Origin: Nitrosopumilaceae archaeon
GTDB lineage: Archaea; Thermoproteota; Nitrososphaeria; Nitrososphaerales; Nitrosopumilaceae
Assembly (NCBI GenBank): GCA_965209085.1
Contig: OZ242376.1
Coordinates: forward strand, 64,001-128,000
Length of the DNA stretch: 64,000 nucleotides
Reading direction: 5' to 3'
Each line of letters begins with the position of its first letter. Position 1 is the first letter of the stretch. The translations under genes were made by a program, and so were the position numbers. A model generated the notes under the pieces. That model ran no database searches. It saw nothing but the letters and a program-made list of their open reading frames with translations, and was not told the origin of the DNA. Shown here piece by piece: positions 30,479 through 40,343 of the stretch.

Positions 30479-32370
30479 AAATTAACGGGGTAATATGGCT
30501 CTGCCCAGATTGCTATGAATGTAATTATGGATATGATCGCTAGATTTGATGTATGTGCCATACCAAAATTTACAATCTTGTTCATAAGTAATCCTAGTCC
30601 TAACGAACTTAGGGCTATAGTGGTGTTAATCAAACCTAGAAATTCTGGGGATGCTGAAAGTACATCAAATGGCAGATAATTTGTCCCTATACCATTTGAC
30701 ATAGTATTAGTCTCAAACCATCCCTTTAACATCTTGGATATGTATACCATAATGAACGGATTTACATACGCTAATATCCAAAATGTTTGCAAAGCTGTAG
30801 ATAATTCTTGTCGGGCATTCCTCATCTTGATCATATATCCTGTAAGTATCTCAAGAGATTGTGCATTTACATTGCCTGCCGTTTCCATTTTCCCTAACAT
30901 AAAAAATGTCATACGGCCAAGCCACGATCGCATTTTAATCGTTTTTACCGATTTATCATTATAATGATGCAAACAATTGGAAAGTGGAACTCCAAAATGT
31001 AACTGCGAAGCAATGTGTGCAATTTTTTGATCAAATATACGATTGTATTTACGGTTCTTGGCAAGTCTGTGTATTGATACACTGATGGGATTTCCAACCT
31101 TTCTTGACTCTGTAATATCCCGTAAAAAATCTCCCAATACCATATTGGTATTTTTTACATCCGAAGATGCCTTAAAAGTCAATACCGTATTTGTAATTGC
31201 AAGAAATGACATACCAAGTGTCATTGCAGCCCATGATTGTTCCAAAACAAAATATCCAAATACAACTCCAATTATTCCTGCGGGCAATGAAAATAAATTA
31301 AATTTCACATCATCTGCAAATTTGGGCTGCGCTGTATCAATCATGACGTATATCATAACACCTACAACTGGCAGCATGATGAACATTAATGTAGTAAGTG
31401 TTGAAAGTGTATCTGCGGTCATAATGAACATACCTGCTACAAGGAATATGGGGAGCATGGAAAATATAGCATTTGCTAGCATGGCCAAATTTTTTGCACG
31501 TTCTTCATACCCACTAAATCTGAATTTTAACTGGGAGAACAAATCCTCGGTCATTTTTTCTAGATAATTTACAAGATCCCCTCCATCTTTGTATATTGAT
31601 ACATAGCCTACGAACAGATTGCGCAACATTTGATTTGGGTGTTCAAGTGCTCTTTTATTGACTACATCTAGGGGATTTTCTGGAAAAAATTCTACATCCC
31701 GAGATATCAGGTCTGCTTCTTTTTCCATGTATGGCAGAAGATTTAATCCACGTATTCCTGATATTATATCCACCAACGATCCTCCGATTGTTTGTAATAT
31801 CCATGCGTATATGGCAAAAAATGCCACCTCGTCACCGATCTTTGCCTTACGTTCGGAAATTAACACCATTAATCTGATCTTTGGCCATATCAAAATAACA
31901 GGAATTATGGCAATTATCAGTAGTAATATCGGCTGTTCAAAATAAATCCATAACAGAATTACTATAGGCACACCTAGTGCAAAAAACAACATGGTTCTTC
32001 CTAAATTTTTAATTGTTTCAATATATGGATCCATGACAATACCGGCCGTACATATGTCCGAATGTATCAACATGGAAAGTTTTTGTGAAACGCGGGCGGC
32101 ATATTTATTCTTTATAAACTGTAAATACCAAATGTTTTCTGTAGGCATATTGTTGCATAGCTGTGTAAACACACTCACACGGTTTTTCTTACGATAACTC
32201 CAATTATACAGAGATTTGCTATATAATAACATCAACATCATAATAATTGCTGATAAAAATATCATGAATAACATTAGATGATTCAATCTTATGGATATCC
32301 ATAACATAACAAGCATGATTGCAACTAGTACAACCTGTAGATCGGGTTTTTTCCAAATTTTTAGTCGCAT
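30475..32370 (-). CDS. type IV pilus/T2SS-F platform protein (fused TadB+TadC)
   Basis: Two T2SSF-like cytoplasmic domains (RKAKIGDEVAFF..GGDLVNYL; DFLRDITESRKVG), each followed by TM helices; probable start MRLKIWKK at 32370. Confidence 0.85.
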   Translation of the reverse strand: MRLKIWKKPDLQVVLVAIMLVMLWISIRLNHLMLFMIFLSAIIMMLMLLYSKSLYNWSYRKKNRVSVFTQLCNNMPTENIWYLQFIKNKYAARVSQKLSMLIHSDICTAGIVMDPYIETIKNLGRTMLFFALGVPIVILLWIYFEQPILLLIIAIIPVILIWPKIRLMVLISERKAKIGDEVAFFAIYAWILQTIGGSLVDIISGIRGLNLLPYMEKEADLISRDVEFFPENPLDVVNKRALEHPNQMLRNLFVGYVSIYKDGGDLVNYLEKMTEDLFSQLKFRFSGYEERAKNLAMLANAIFSMLPIFLVAGMFIMTADTLSTLTTLMFIMLPVVGVMIYVMIDTAQPKFADDVKFNLFSLPAGIIGVVFGYFVLEQSWAAMTLGMSFLAITNTVLTFKASSDVKNTNMVLGDFLRDITESRKVGNPISVSIHRLAKNRKYNRIFDQKIAHIASQLHFGVPLSNCLHHYNDKSVKTIKMRSWLGRMTFFMLGKMETAGNVNAQSLEILTGYMIKMRNARQELSTALQTFWILAYVNPFIMVYISKMLKGWFETNTMSNGIGTNYLPFDVLSASPEFLGLINTTIALSSLGLGLLMNKIVNFGMAHTSNLAIISIITFIAIWAEPYYPVNL

Positions 32371-32415
32371 ATGACAAAAAATGCTCTTTTTATTTAACAC
32401 AAATTTTCTAGTATA

Positions 32416-32874
32416 ATGAACGTACAATATCGTCCCAAAAAAAGAAGAGCAGGGAGTCAAATTTTAGCTGCAGCCATATTGGTAGGTATAACAATTTCTG
32501 CCGCTGGAGTATATGCATCTGGAATCATGGATCAAATAAGCACTACCACACAAAATTCTCGGATAAGTATCCAAGAAGTTCAAATAATCCAAGATGATGA
32601 TGAAAGGGAATGGTTTGCAGCTACAATCAAAAACGAAGGCGGAGCCGTAATCGAGCAAATTAACATAACAATACAGATCGATAACATCAAAAAAACATAT
32701 TCCATCACACAGAACGTAAAGCCAGGACGCAGTATCATACAGGAAATGGTGGAGATTGTCGAAGGTGTAAATTCACCTGATGTAAGTATCGGAGAGTCAG
32801 TTCCGGTAGAATTCAAAGTAATCTCTTCAGACGGATCCATATTCAGTAAAATTGAATCCGTCCGCATATCATAA
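32416..32874 (+). CDS. archaeal type IV pilin
   Basis: Class III signal peptide KKRRA|GSQILAAAILVGIT, then IKNEG and KPG beta-sandwich motifs. Confidence 0.85.
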   Translation: MNVQYRPKKRRAGSQILAAAILVGITISAAGVYASGIMDQISTTTQNSRISIQEVQIIQDDDEREWFAATIKNEGGAVIEQINITIQIDNIKKTYSITQNVKPGRSIIQEMVEIVEGVNSPDVSIGESVPVEFKVISSDGSIFSKIESVRIS

Positions 32875-32920
32875 CTGTATTAATCACTTTTTATTTTATT
32901 TTATTTGTATATATTAGAAT

Positions 32921-33577
32921 ATGACTACATTATCCGATCTTAAGGATCTTTTATGGTTTGAAAATATCAGTCCTCACAACGAACCATTATTTCCATTATT
33001 GGGATTTGGCATGTTGAGCATTAAACAGCTTGGCATATTGGGATCTGGCATTATGCTTGCATGGATAATTTGGCAGAAAACCGGTGATTATTTGGCAATT
33101 ATACCGGCCGTGATTGTCTTGATACTAACAATCAAAAAAGAAAGCGTTATTCCTATAGAAATCAAAATCATTAAAATATTCATATTTCATATTAGTAAAA
33201 ATGAAAAATCTTTGCCACAAATTAAAAAAAATACCGTCAAACACAAAACCAATTCAAAACTTTCAATAGCAAAACAATATCGTATTAAATCCCATATCCA
33301 ACAGAATTTAATCAAAGACGCAAATGCGAGAAATATTCCGTACATATATGATAAAATGTTTAAAATGAAAATACGTTTAGATGATATTGACCAAACAACG
33401 ATCAATTCCCGCGTCCGTATAGTTTTGGACGACATCTTGTATGAAACAGCACGCACTGACAGTAACGGTGAAATTGTAATTAATTTTATACCAGAGAATC
33501 CGGGCAAAAAATTATTACAAATCTATGCAAATGACGATAAACCCGTATACGAAGAAATATTGAATTTTATCAGATAA
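32921..33577 (+). CDS. PrgI/VirB3-like membrane protein with C-terminal Ig-like domain
   Basis: E.LF...G.LS.KQL followed by two TM helices and P.E motif; C-terminal RTDSNGEI..F.P..PG beta domain. Confidence 0.6.
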   Translation: MTTLSDLKDLLWFENISPHNEPLFPLLGFGMLSIKQLGILGSGIMLAWIIWQKTGDYLAIIPAVIVLILTIKKESVIPIEIKIIKIFIFHISKNEKSLPQIKKNTVKHKTNSKLSIAKQYRIKSHIQQNLIKDANARNIPYIYDKMFKMKIRLDDIDQTTINSRVRIVLDDILYETARTDSNGEIVINFIPENPGKKLLQIYANDDKPVYEEILNFIR

Positions 33578-33581
33578 ATAT

Positions 33582-33604
33582 TAGCTCCGCTAGGAGTGGA
33601 TCTA
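33582..33604. terminator. imperfect hairpin between convergent genes, possible terminator
   Basis: tagctccgct-agg-agtggatcta followed by an A/T run between the 33577 stop and the amt stop. Confidence 0.3.
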
Positions 33605-33629
33605 AAAATAAATTAAAAAAATTTGTGTT

Positions 33630-35195
33630 CTATTCGTTTACGTATGCTTGTTCGCCGTGCTGGGCAAGATCAAGACCAATCTCCTCTTCTTTTGGAGTGA
33701 CCCTGATTCCGCCTGGCCATACAGCATCCATGACTTTAAGAATAACAACGGTTACACCAAATGCGTAACCAACTGATATTGCAGCGCCAATTATACTGAT
33801 AGCTTGTTGCTCGTAGCCTTCTGGAGTTCCGGTCCACGCACCAATACCTTCTCCGGTATCCCAAATGTGCGGACTGGCTAGTGTACCTGTAAGAATGGCG
33901 CCTGTGAGGCCTCCCATTCCGTGTACTCCCCAGACATCTAATGCGTCGTCCCATTTGCGTGCGTTCTTGAAAGCGACACATCCGTAACAGACTGTACCTG
34001 CGGCTATACCGATTATGATCGAGGCCATAGGTCCAACCCAACCGGATGCTGGCGTAATTGCCACCAAACCGGCTACAGCACCTGTTGCGGCTCCTACGAT
34101 ACTTGGTTTGCCCGTGTGAGCCCAACTCATAAGTACCCAGGTTACAGCTGCAACGCCAGCGGATGTATTTGTTACCACCCACGCGCTTACCGTAATTCCG
34201 TCAACCATCACTTCGCTTCCTGCGTTGAACCCGAACCAGCCGAACCATAGAATGGATGCACCAAGTACCACCATAGGTACGTTGTGCGGTTCCATTGGAA
34301 CCTTTCCATATCCAAGTCTGCGACCAAGTATCAGGGCTCCCGCCAAAGCGGCGAATCCAGATGAAATGTGTACGACAGTACCGCCTGCAAAGTCTAGAGC
34401 ATACGATGGAGATAGATTTGGATCTAGATCAATTGCGCCTCCTCCGATATATCCGCCGCCCCATACCCAGTGGGCAATAGGATCGTACACGAATGTACCC
34501 CAAAGAAGAACAAATATCACTAGCGCGCTGAATTTTATCCTGTCAATCAAACCGCCAACAATTAGTGCTGGTGTTATGATTGCAAACGTACCTTGGAACG
34601 CTGCGAATAGTGCGTGTGGTACGGTGCCAGGCCATCTATCACTGCAGGCTATTTCAGATTTCATCTGTTGCATTTGATATGCATTGGACCATATATCCCC
34701 GTCACATGCGGTTGGGGCTCCAAGAGGCGCATAGTGCGACACTTGGTTGAATCCGACATAATCTAAAGCACCCATGAACATATTGGCATCATTGTCAATT
34801 GGACCAAACGAGAGGCTGTAACCCCACGCGACCCATTGCCAAGCCATAATACCCATGATGATGAAAGTCATTCCAATAACATTTACTGCGTTCTTTGATC
34901 TTGCAAGACCTCCGTAGAAGAATGCTACACCAGGAGTCATAAACAGTACCATTGACGTTGCCGTTAACATCCATGCGGTATCACCCGTATCGATATAACA
35001 TGGCGTATAAGTACCATCACCGTTGTCTACCCAACATTCGTTGAGATTGCCTGTGTAGATTCCAGAAGTGCCTTTAGTATAACCATCCATTCCGTCGTTA
35101 ATATTTTGTGCAAATGCAGTAGACATTACACCTGTTGATGTAACAACTACTGCGGCTACAAGTAGTAGAGCATACTTGTGGTTTTTATTTCTCAT
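33630..35195 (-). CDS. amt: ammonium transporter
   Basis: DTGDTAWML, FFYGG, DFAGGTVVHI, LWFGWFGFNAGS, DDALDVWGVHG, GLDLAQHGE. Confidence 0.98.
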   Translation of the reverse strand: MRNKNHKYALLLVAAVVVTSTGVMSTAFAQNINDGMDGYTKGTSGIYTGNLNECWVDNGDGTYTPCYIDTGDTAWMLTATSMVLFMTPGVAFFYGGLARSKNAVNVIGMTFIIMGIMAWQWVAWGYSLSFGPIDNDANMFMGALDYVGFNQVSHYAPLGAPTACDGDIWSNAYQMQQMKSEIACSDRWPGTVPHALFAAFQGTFAIITPALIVGGLIDRIKFSALVIFVLLWGTFVYDPIAHWVWGGGYIGGGAIDLDPNLSPSYALDFAGGTVVHISSGFAALAGALILGRRLGYGKVPMEPHNVPMVVLGASILWFGWFGFNAGSEVMVDGITVSAWVVTNTSAGVAAVTWVLMSWAHTGKPSIVGAATGAVAGLVAITPASGWVGPMASIIIGIAAGTVCYGCVAFKNARKWDDALDVWGVHGMGGLTGAILTGTLASPHIWDTGEGIGAWTGTPEGYEQQAISIIGAAISVGYAFGVTVVILKVMDAVWPGGIRVTPKEEEIGLDLAQHGEQAYVNE

Positions 35196-35327
35196 TGATT
35201 TAAAAACAATAATGTGTATATTTAAGATTTAACCCATTTGATCGATAAAAAGAATAAATATTATATAATGCAGTTTTATGATAGTATCATAGAATGATAA
35301 AATTAACATATATGTGCGTGGGCAGTA

Positions 35328-35987
35328 ATGAGCGTGAATAAAGTCTCTCTAGGCATATTTGATACATTCAAGACAAGAGGCACGGATTTAACGGCCAAGG
35401 CCAAACGTCAAAGGGCGATAATATCATCTCTGACAGGCAGTGTTAATCCTGCCGAAAAGACTAGAACCGCTATAACACGCAGAATTACGAAAAGTAAAGA
35501 ATGGAAAAATACCTATTCAGGCGTATTTTTGGATATGGACAAAGTCCTAGTCCCACTAGATTTTATACAGGAACAAGGCAGAATGCCGTTAAATCGCGGA
35601 CCAAAAGCACTTCAAGAAAAAGGCGTACCATACTATGGGCTTACAAGAAAAGGCTCCATTGTAGCTATGGCATTACCCGGAACTGTAAATGTAAAGGCTG
35701 TGCTTGGTGCGTGCTTTATTGGTATGACTAAAGAAGAGCAGGAAATAAAAAATACAATGAATGTATTATACAAGACATCTCCAAAACTAGTAAGACATCT
35801 ATTTGAAAAATATGTTCGGGCGTATTGTGAGGGAAAATTTGAGAGTTTATTGCCCATGAATATTGCCAAATTTGACGGAAACGATGAATTTATGACCATC
35901 CTTGAAGAATTTCTAACCAACCTGCCAAAAATAAGCAAAGATCACAGTACGAAAATTCATAATTTGATACACCAACTCTCAAGTTAA
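35328..35987 (+). CDS. conserved hypothetical protein (possible winged helix)
   Basis: 219-aa ORF with YYGLTRKG wing-like motif; upstream of atpC. Confidence 0.7.
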   Translation: MSVNKVSLGIFDTFKTRGTDLTAKAKRQRAIISSLTGSVNPAEKTRTAITRRITKSKEWKNTYSGVFLDMDKVLVPLDFIQEQGRMPLNRGPKALQEKGVPYYGLTRKGSIVAMALPGTVNVKAVLGACFIGMTKEEQEIKNTMNVLYKTSPKLVRHLFEKYVRAYCEGKFESLLPMNIAKFDGNDEFMTILEEFLTNLPKISKDHSTKIHNLIHQLSS

Positions 35988-36025
35988 ACTATACATTAAA
36001 ATCGGTTGTCGACACCTAGTTAAAC

Positions 36026-37066
36026 ATGACATCTGGAACGCAAAAACTCTATGCTGCTGTGAAATCATACAGTCAGAGGGGCAATCTTTTACCAAAGGAA
36101 GATCTACGGGTATTTGCCGAATCAAGAAATTTGGACGAATTGGTCACTAGGATAAAAAACACAAGATATGCCAAAGCTTTTGAAAAAATCACGTTCCCTG
36201 TAACTGCTGAAACATTGGAATCGGTGCTGCGTACGCATTTGGCGGATGTACATTATTCGATATACAAAACTTCTGGAGAACCAGTACTCAAAACGTATTA
36301 TATGAAATTTATGATATGGAATCTAAAAATCATACTAAAGGGCAAAGTCTTGGATAAAACACAAGAAGAATTGGAATCAAAATTAAACCTTCATGCAGAG
36401 GAACTCATATCACAGCGCGATATAGTGTTAAAGGCGCTTGTTGCAAAAGATCTAGACGAGGCGGTTCTTAGCCTTTCAGAAACTATTTTTGGTAAAGACA
36501 TAGAAAAAGCTGTTGCCGCATATAATGAATCCGGCAATATTCAAGTGTTTGATACATACTTTGACAAAGTGTTAACACGGCAGCTTGCACAAGGTAGCAG
36601 AAAAACCTCCGATAGATATCTTTACACGTTAATTTCTATGGATATTGACTTTTACAACATACTGAGTGTCATAAGAGGAAGATTTTGGGGCCTAGATCCG
36701 GAAAAAATACGCGAGCTAATTGAAGGAAAAACCGCTAGTGTTTCACAGTCATTGTTGGATCGAATGATCAACGCAGCTAACATCAATGATGCTTTTGCAG
36801 AATTATCCACAACTCGTTACCGGCACATTTTACCACAAAAAGAAGATGACATGGAGGCAATAGCTGAATTTGAAAGAAACTTTGAAATGATGATATACAA
36901 ATCATCTGCAAACACGTTTACCAGAATGTTCAGCCCATCCACAAGTGTTGGTATTACAAAACTGACCGGATATGAAATACGAAATATTGCCGCAATAGCC
37001 TTTGGTGTAGAACAGGGAATTTCTGCGGATACTGTCATGTTAAAGTTGATCGTGAACCTAGAATGA
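36026..37066 (+). CDS. atpC: A/V-type ATP synthase subunit C
   Basis: KSYSQRGNLL, NLKIILKG, IDFYNILSVIRG, YEIRNIAAIA. Confidence 0.9.
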   Translation: MTSGTQKLYAAVKSYSQRGNLLPKEDLRVFAESRNLDELVTRIKNTRYAKAFEKITFPVTAETLESVLRTHLADVHYSIYKTSGEPVLKTYYMKFMIWNLKIILKGKVLDKTQEELESKLNLHAEELISQRDIVLKALVAKDLDEAVLSLSETIFGKDIEKAVAAYNESGNIQVFDTYFDKVLTRQLAQGSRKTSDRYLYTLISMDIDFYNILSVIRGRFWGLDPEKIRELIEGKTASVSQSLLDRMINAANINDAFAELSTTRYRHILPQKEDDMEAIAEFERNFEMMIYKSSANTFTRMFSPSTSVGITKLTGYEIRNIAAIAFGVEQGISADTVMLKLIVNLE

Positions 37067-37311
37067 TCACTCACAGCTCAGGAAACATAACCTCTAAAAC
37101 TTTGTTGGGAATGATTTGGGTAAGCACAATGCTGGCAATGATCTTTGTTCTGCCTGCATTAGGGCTTTTTTATGCCGTGTATGAGATATCTGAGAATCTA
37201 ATTGCAGGTATTGTGTCAGGGTTTGCACTGCATTTTGTCATACTTGGGTTTTCACCAAAAATCTCGGCCAAACTTACCTCGTGGATGTATGGAGATGCCG
37301 TAGATAAATGA
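37063..37311 (+). CDS. small 2-TM membrane protein, hypothetical
   Basis: Overlaps atpC and the cas4-like gene by ATGA coupling. Confidence 0.7.
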   Translation: MITHSSGNITSKTLLGMIWVSTMLAMIFVLPALGLFYAVYEISENLIAGIVSGFALHFVILGFSPKISAKLTSWMYGDAVDK

Positions 37312-37949
37312 TGGGAGATCGGGACTATCGCAGTCTCATAAGAGGTGCATTGGATGCAATAGGAAAGGAAGTGGAGATAAAAATTGATGCCACAGACAAT
37401 AACACAATAGGTATCCATGAAATTACCGGCTGTATACGACGTGCATATTTTAACAGAGTAGATCCACTTGATTATCACCATCAAAGTTTTGGCGAGCTCT
37501 CGGCAGGGTTGTTGCATAAACTGCATTATGGCATAAAAAAAGCTGAATTTGATTTGGGCGAAATTAAATTAATCGGTAGTGCCGATATGATCGTAGATGA
37601 TGCCGTAATATTATTCAGATCCGCAGATGGACCAGTTGAAAATCCACTTGCGACCGACATGCTTTATCTGAATGCGTGTTTATGGATGTACAACAAAAAT
37701 GACGGTGTAATTGTATACATTACAAGTAATAAACAGGAATCCTCATTTACACTTACCAAAAATAAATTCATGTTTAAAGAAACCGTACGCCGTGTGATGG
37801 TACTGCACGATCTATTGGCAAAAAAAAAGATTCCCATACTAGAACCGTCATTGGAATGTTCCGCATGCCAGTATTATCAAAGATGTTATACAAAACAAAA
37901 AATGGGAAAACCAATAACCATAGGTGGTTTAATGGGAATGAAAAAATGA
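37308..37949 (+). CDS. solo Cas4-like protein (4Fe-4S staple; nuclease motif degenerate)
   Basis: GCIRRAYF plus C-terminal CSACQYYQRC; no CRISPR array or other cas genes in the window. Confidence 0.8.
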   Translation: MMGDRDYRSLIRGALDAIGKEVEIKIDATDNNTIGIHEITGCIRRAYFNRVDPLDYHHQSFGELSAGLLHKLHYGIKKAEFDLGEIKLIGSADMIVDDAVILFRSADGPVENPLATDMLYLNACLWMYNKNDGVIVYITSNKQESSFTLTKNKFMFKETVRRVMVLHDLLAKKKIPILEPSLECSACQYYQRCYTKQKMGKPITIGGLMGMKK

Positions 37950-37964
37950 TGTTATACTAGACAT

Positions 37965-38075
37965 TTAGTCTAGTGGTTCTTTATGACCGCCACCGCGGAG
38001 TGCAAATGTTACTACTGCAAGTGCAATAGTTACTCCAATTGCCGCTCCGAATGCGCTTATTCCTGCTTCTGCCAT
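37965..38075 (-). CDS. 36-aa single-TM peptide (below ORF-track cutoff)
   Basis: Hand translation MAEAGISAFGAAIGVTIALAVVTFALRGGGHKEPLD; AT-rich TATA-like sequence about 25-30 nt upstream. Confidence 0.6.
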   Translation of the reverse strand: MAEAGISAFGAAIGVTIALAVVTFALRGGGHKEPLD

Positions 38076-38148
38076 GTATAAGGTGCCATGATTTACTCAT
38101 ATATAACTTTGGCAATATTTTACAGATTTCAAAATATAATCATAATTT

Positions 38149-40332
38149 TCAAGAATTGTGATACTTGATGTGCCACATGTTCAAAATCCACCGTATGAGG
38201 CGCCATGTGAGTATTGCACCAACGATTATGACTGCAAATGAATAGAGATCGGGAATATATAACTCACTTTTTTGCATAACCTCAGGTTCGTATAACGCAA
38301 ACGCTCTTCCTCCCCAGATGTTGTATGCTTCAATTAATACTGAATTTTTAGGAGTTGGAATCATACACCTGTTTAAACAATTTACATGAAGGGAATAATC
38401 TGCACCATCAAGTCTGATATGGCGTATATGCCCAAAACCGTCAGGACCGATTATTGTCACACCAGCTTTATTGTCCATTATGCGCAATGTATTGTCAGTA
38501 TTTTGATTTGCAACGTATGTGTGATCTCCGATGTGCGAATATGAACGAATCTTGGTTATGGTTTTTTCTCCAACAGAAAATCGCATGATGTAAGGAGCTG
38601 GTGCCGCATATCCGTCATTTATTGGCATAGAAAAAAAATCATCCATATTGAATGCATTCCATGTTGATATGCGAGGCAAATACAATGTTACATTACCAAA
38701 TGCACTATTTTGGGCCTTTTTTGGATACATGTGGGATAACAACAAATCTCCAATTTCTTTTCCATTAGTATCAAATTCTGATTTGTCACACACATAGTCG
38801 TGCGTGTATGAAACACCTTTCATTCCCAAATTTGGTGTTACATTGATGGATACCGGCACGTCTTCAAGTATTTGTCCATCTGAATTTATTACCACAAGTG
38901 ATATACTGTTACCGAAAAGAACATCCGGATATGCATATTCATAATTAATTATCTTCATACTGTCATTTCCAGCAAATCCATCTGACATGATATTACCTAT
39001 TACTCGTGCGCGTGAATACGCCGGATTTTTCATAATGTCTGATATAGGAAGATCAAAAATTATGCCTCCATAACCTGAACTCACAAACATGGCAGTTTCA
39101 GAATCTTTTGACTCTAAAACATTTGAATCATAATGATCTTTTGTGCAATATCCGATGTTTTCGGGATTTGTTCCGTATGCTTTCGACCAGACCATCTTTA
39201 CATCAACTGGCACTATTTTGTTGATATTCACGGCAGTAGCAACAGAAGAAAAATTGTTGATCTTACTTCGACGGTTCTCATGCACCACAGATTTATCATC
39301 CGGTCCTGAACCTACCGATCCGTTGTAAAACATGGCAATACCGTGACGATTGTCCCAACTTGTAGGTTTTCCATCGGAGAGAACTAGATATGGATATACT
39401 TCAAAGATCGGCTCGTATGTTACAACTAGCACCGTGATTTGTGCATCTTTGAAAGTTATCTCCTTGCCACTCACACTTTGTAGTTTTACTTTGTGCAGTA
39501 TGTCATGATTTCCAAGTAGATATTGATCCGTTGCATTGTATATGGTAATGTCATGACCATATGTGGAATTGTACGTGACTGGCAAAAATCCCTTCAAAGT
39601 AAAACTCAACAAACATTGGGGATTGATGCACATATTGCTAATCGTGGCGTATAATCTTGTATTTTTTTCATATTCTACAAAAAGTGTTTTACTTCTTTCA
39701 TTTTTCCAGTTGTATGATGGAATGGACTGTATGATAACCGGATCCCACACATAATGGGTCCCATCAATATTTGTCGCATTATATCCGTTAGAATCGTTCA
39801 TGAATTTCTTTTCCAAATGCAGGGCAAGCTTTGGATCTGTTACATATATGGAAAGAAAAGACGTTCTAGACACCCAATCATATGTGCAATGTTCTTCGCC
39901 GTCTATAGTGTTACACGTAACTTTCCATCCGCCTGCGGAAAATTTCATGTCTTGTATCCCGATCTGTGCAGGAACGGCAATTTCTGCATGACCTGCAGTA
40001 CAGTAATCCAATCTGCAAGATTTTGAGACATCATCAAAAGTCTTTACCGAATGTTCGTCCTCGTATGTATGCTGACCCAAAACCAAATATTCCGAATTTG
40101 CTGGTTCGTATATTACAGGTTGAAAGCAGGATCCAAGTCCAGGATAATTTGCAATATAGTTGAATGCATCACCTGGATAAAAAGTTCCGTCCGGATTGTT
40201 CCTTTGCTGTCCATTGTATACGGCATGCACTGTTTGTGAAGTTATGCCAAATTCACATGGATACGATGCGCCAAAAACTGTTCCGGGAGCAATTAACACA
40301 ACTGCCGATGTAAAAAATAGCCATGCCTTCAC
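38149..40332 (-). CDS. large secreted Cys-containing protein with C-terminal TM anchor
   Basis: Signal peptide, paired cysteines, NNPDGTFYPGD motif, C-terminal TM; last gene of the virB4 operon. Confidence 0.75.
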   Translation of the reverse strand: MKAWLFFTSAVVLIAPGTVFGASYPCEFGITSQTVHAVYNGQQRNNPDGTFYPGDAFNYIANYPGLGSCFQPVIYEPANSEYLVLGQHTYEDEHSVKTFDDVSKSCRLDYCTAGHAEIAVPAQIGIQDMKFSAGGWKVTCNTIDGEEHCTYDWVSRTSFLSIYVTDPKLALHLEKKFMNDSNGYNATNIDGTHYVWDPVIIQSIPSYNWKNERSKTLFVEYEKNTRLYATISNMCINPQCLLSFTLKGFLPVTYNSTYGHDITIYNATDQYLLGNHDILHKVKLQSVSGKEITFKDAQITVLVVTYEPIFEVYPYLVLSDGKPTSWDNRHGIAMFYNGSVGSGPDDKSVVHENRRSKINNFSSVATAVNINKIVPVDVKMVWSKAYGTNPENIGYCTKDHYDSNVLESKDSETAMFVSSGYGGIIFDLPISDIMKNPAYSRARVIGNIMSDGFAGNDSMKIINYEYAYPDVLFGNSISLVVINSDGQILEDVPVSINVTPNLGMKGVSYTHDYVCDKSEFDTNGKEIGDLLLSHMYPKKAQNSAFGNVTLYLPRISTWNAFNMDDFFSMPINDGYAAPAPYIMRFSVGEKTITKIRSYSHIGDHTYVANQNTDNTLRIMDNKAGVTIIGPDGFGHIRHIRLDGADYSLHVNCLNRCMIPTPKNSVLIEAYNIWGGRAFALYEPEVMQKSELYIPDLYSFAVIIVGAILTWRLIRWILNMWHIKYHNS

Positions 40333-40343
40333 AGCATATCCAC

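Noticed and set aside
37308-38150. CRISPR-Cas locus suggested by the cas4-like gene
   Set aside because: No repeat-spacer array, cas1/cas2 or effector genes anywhere in the window
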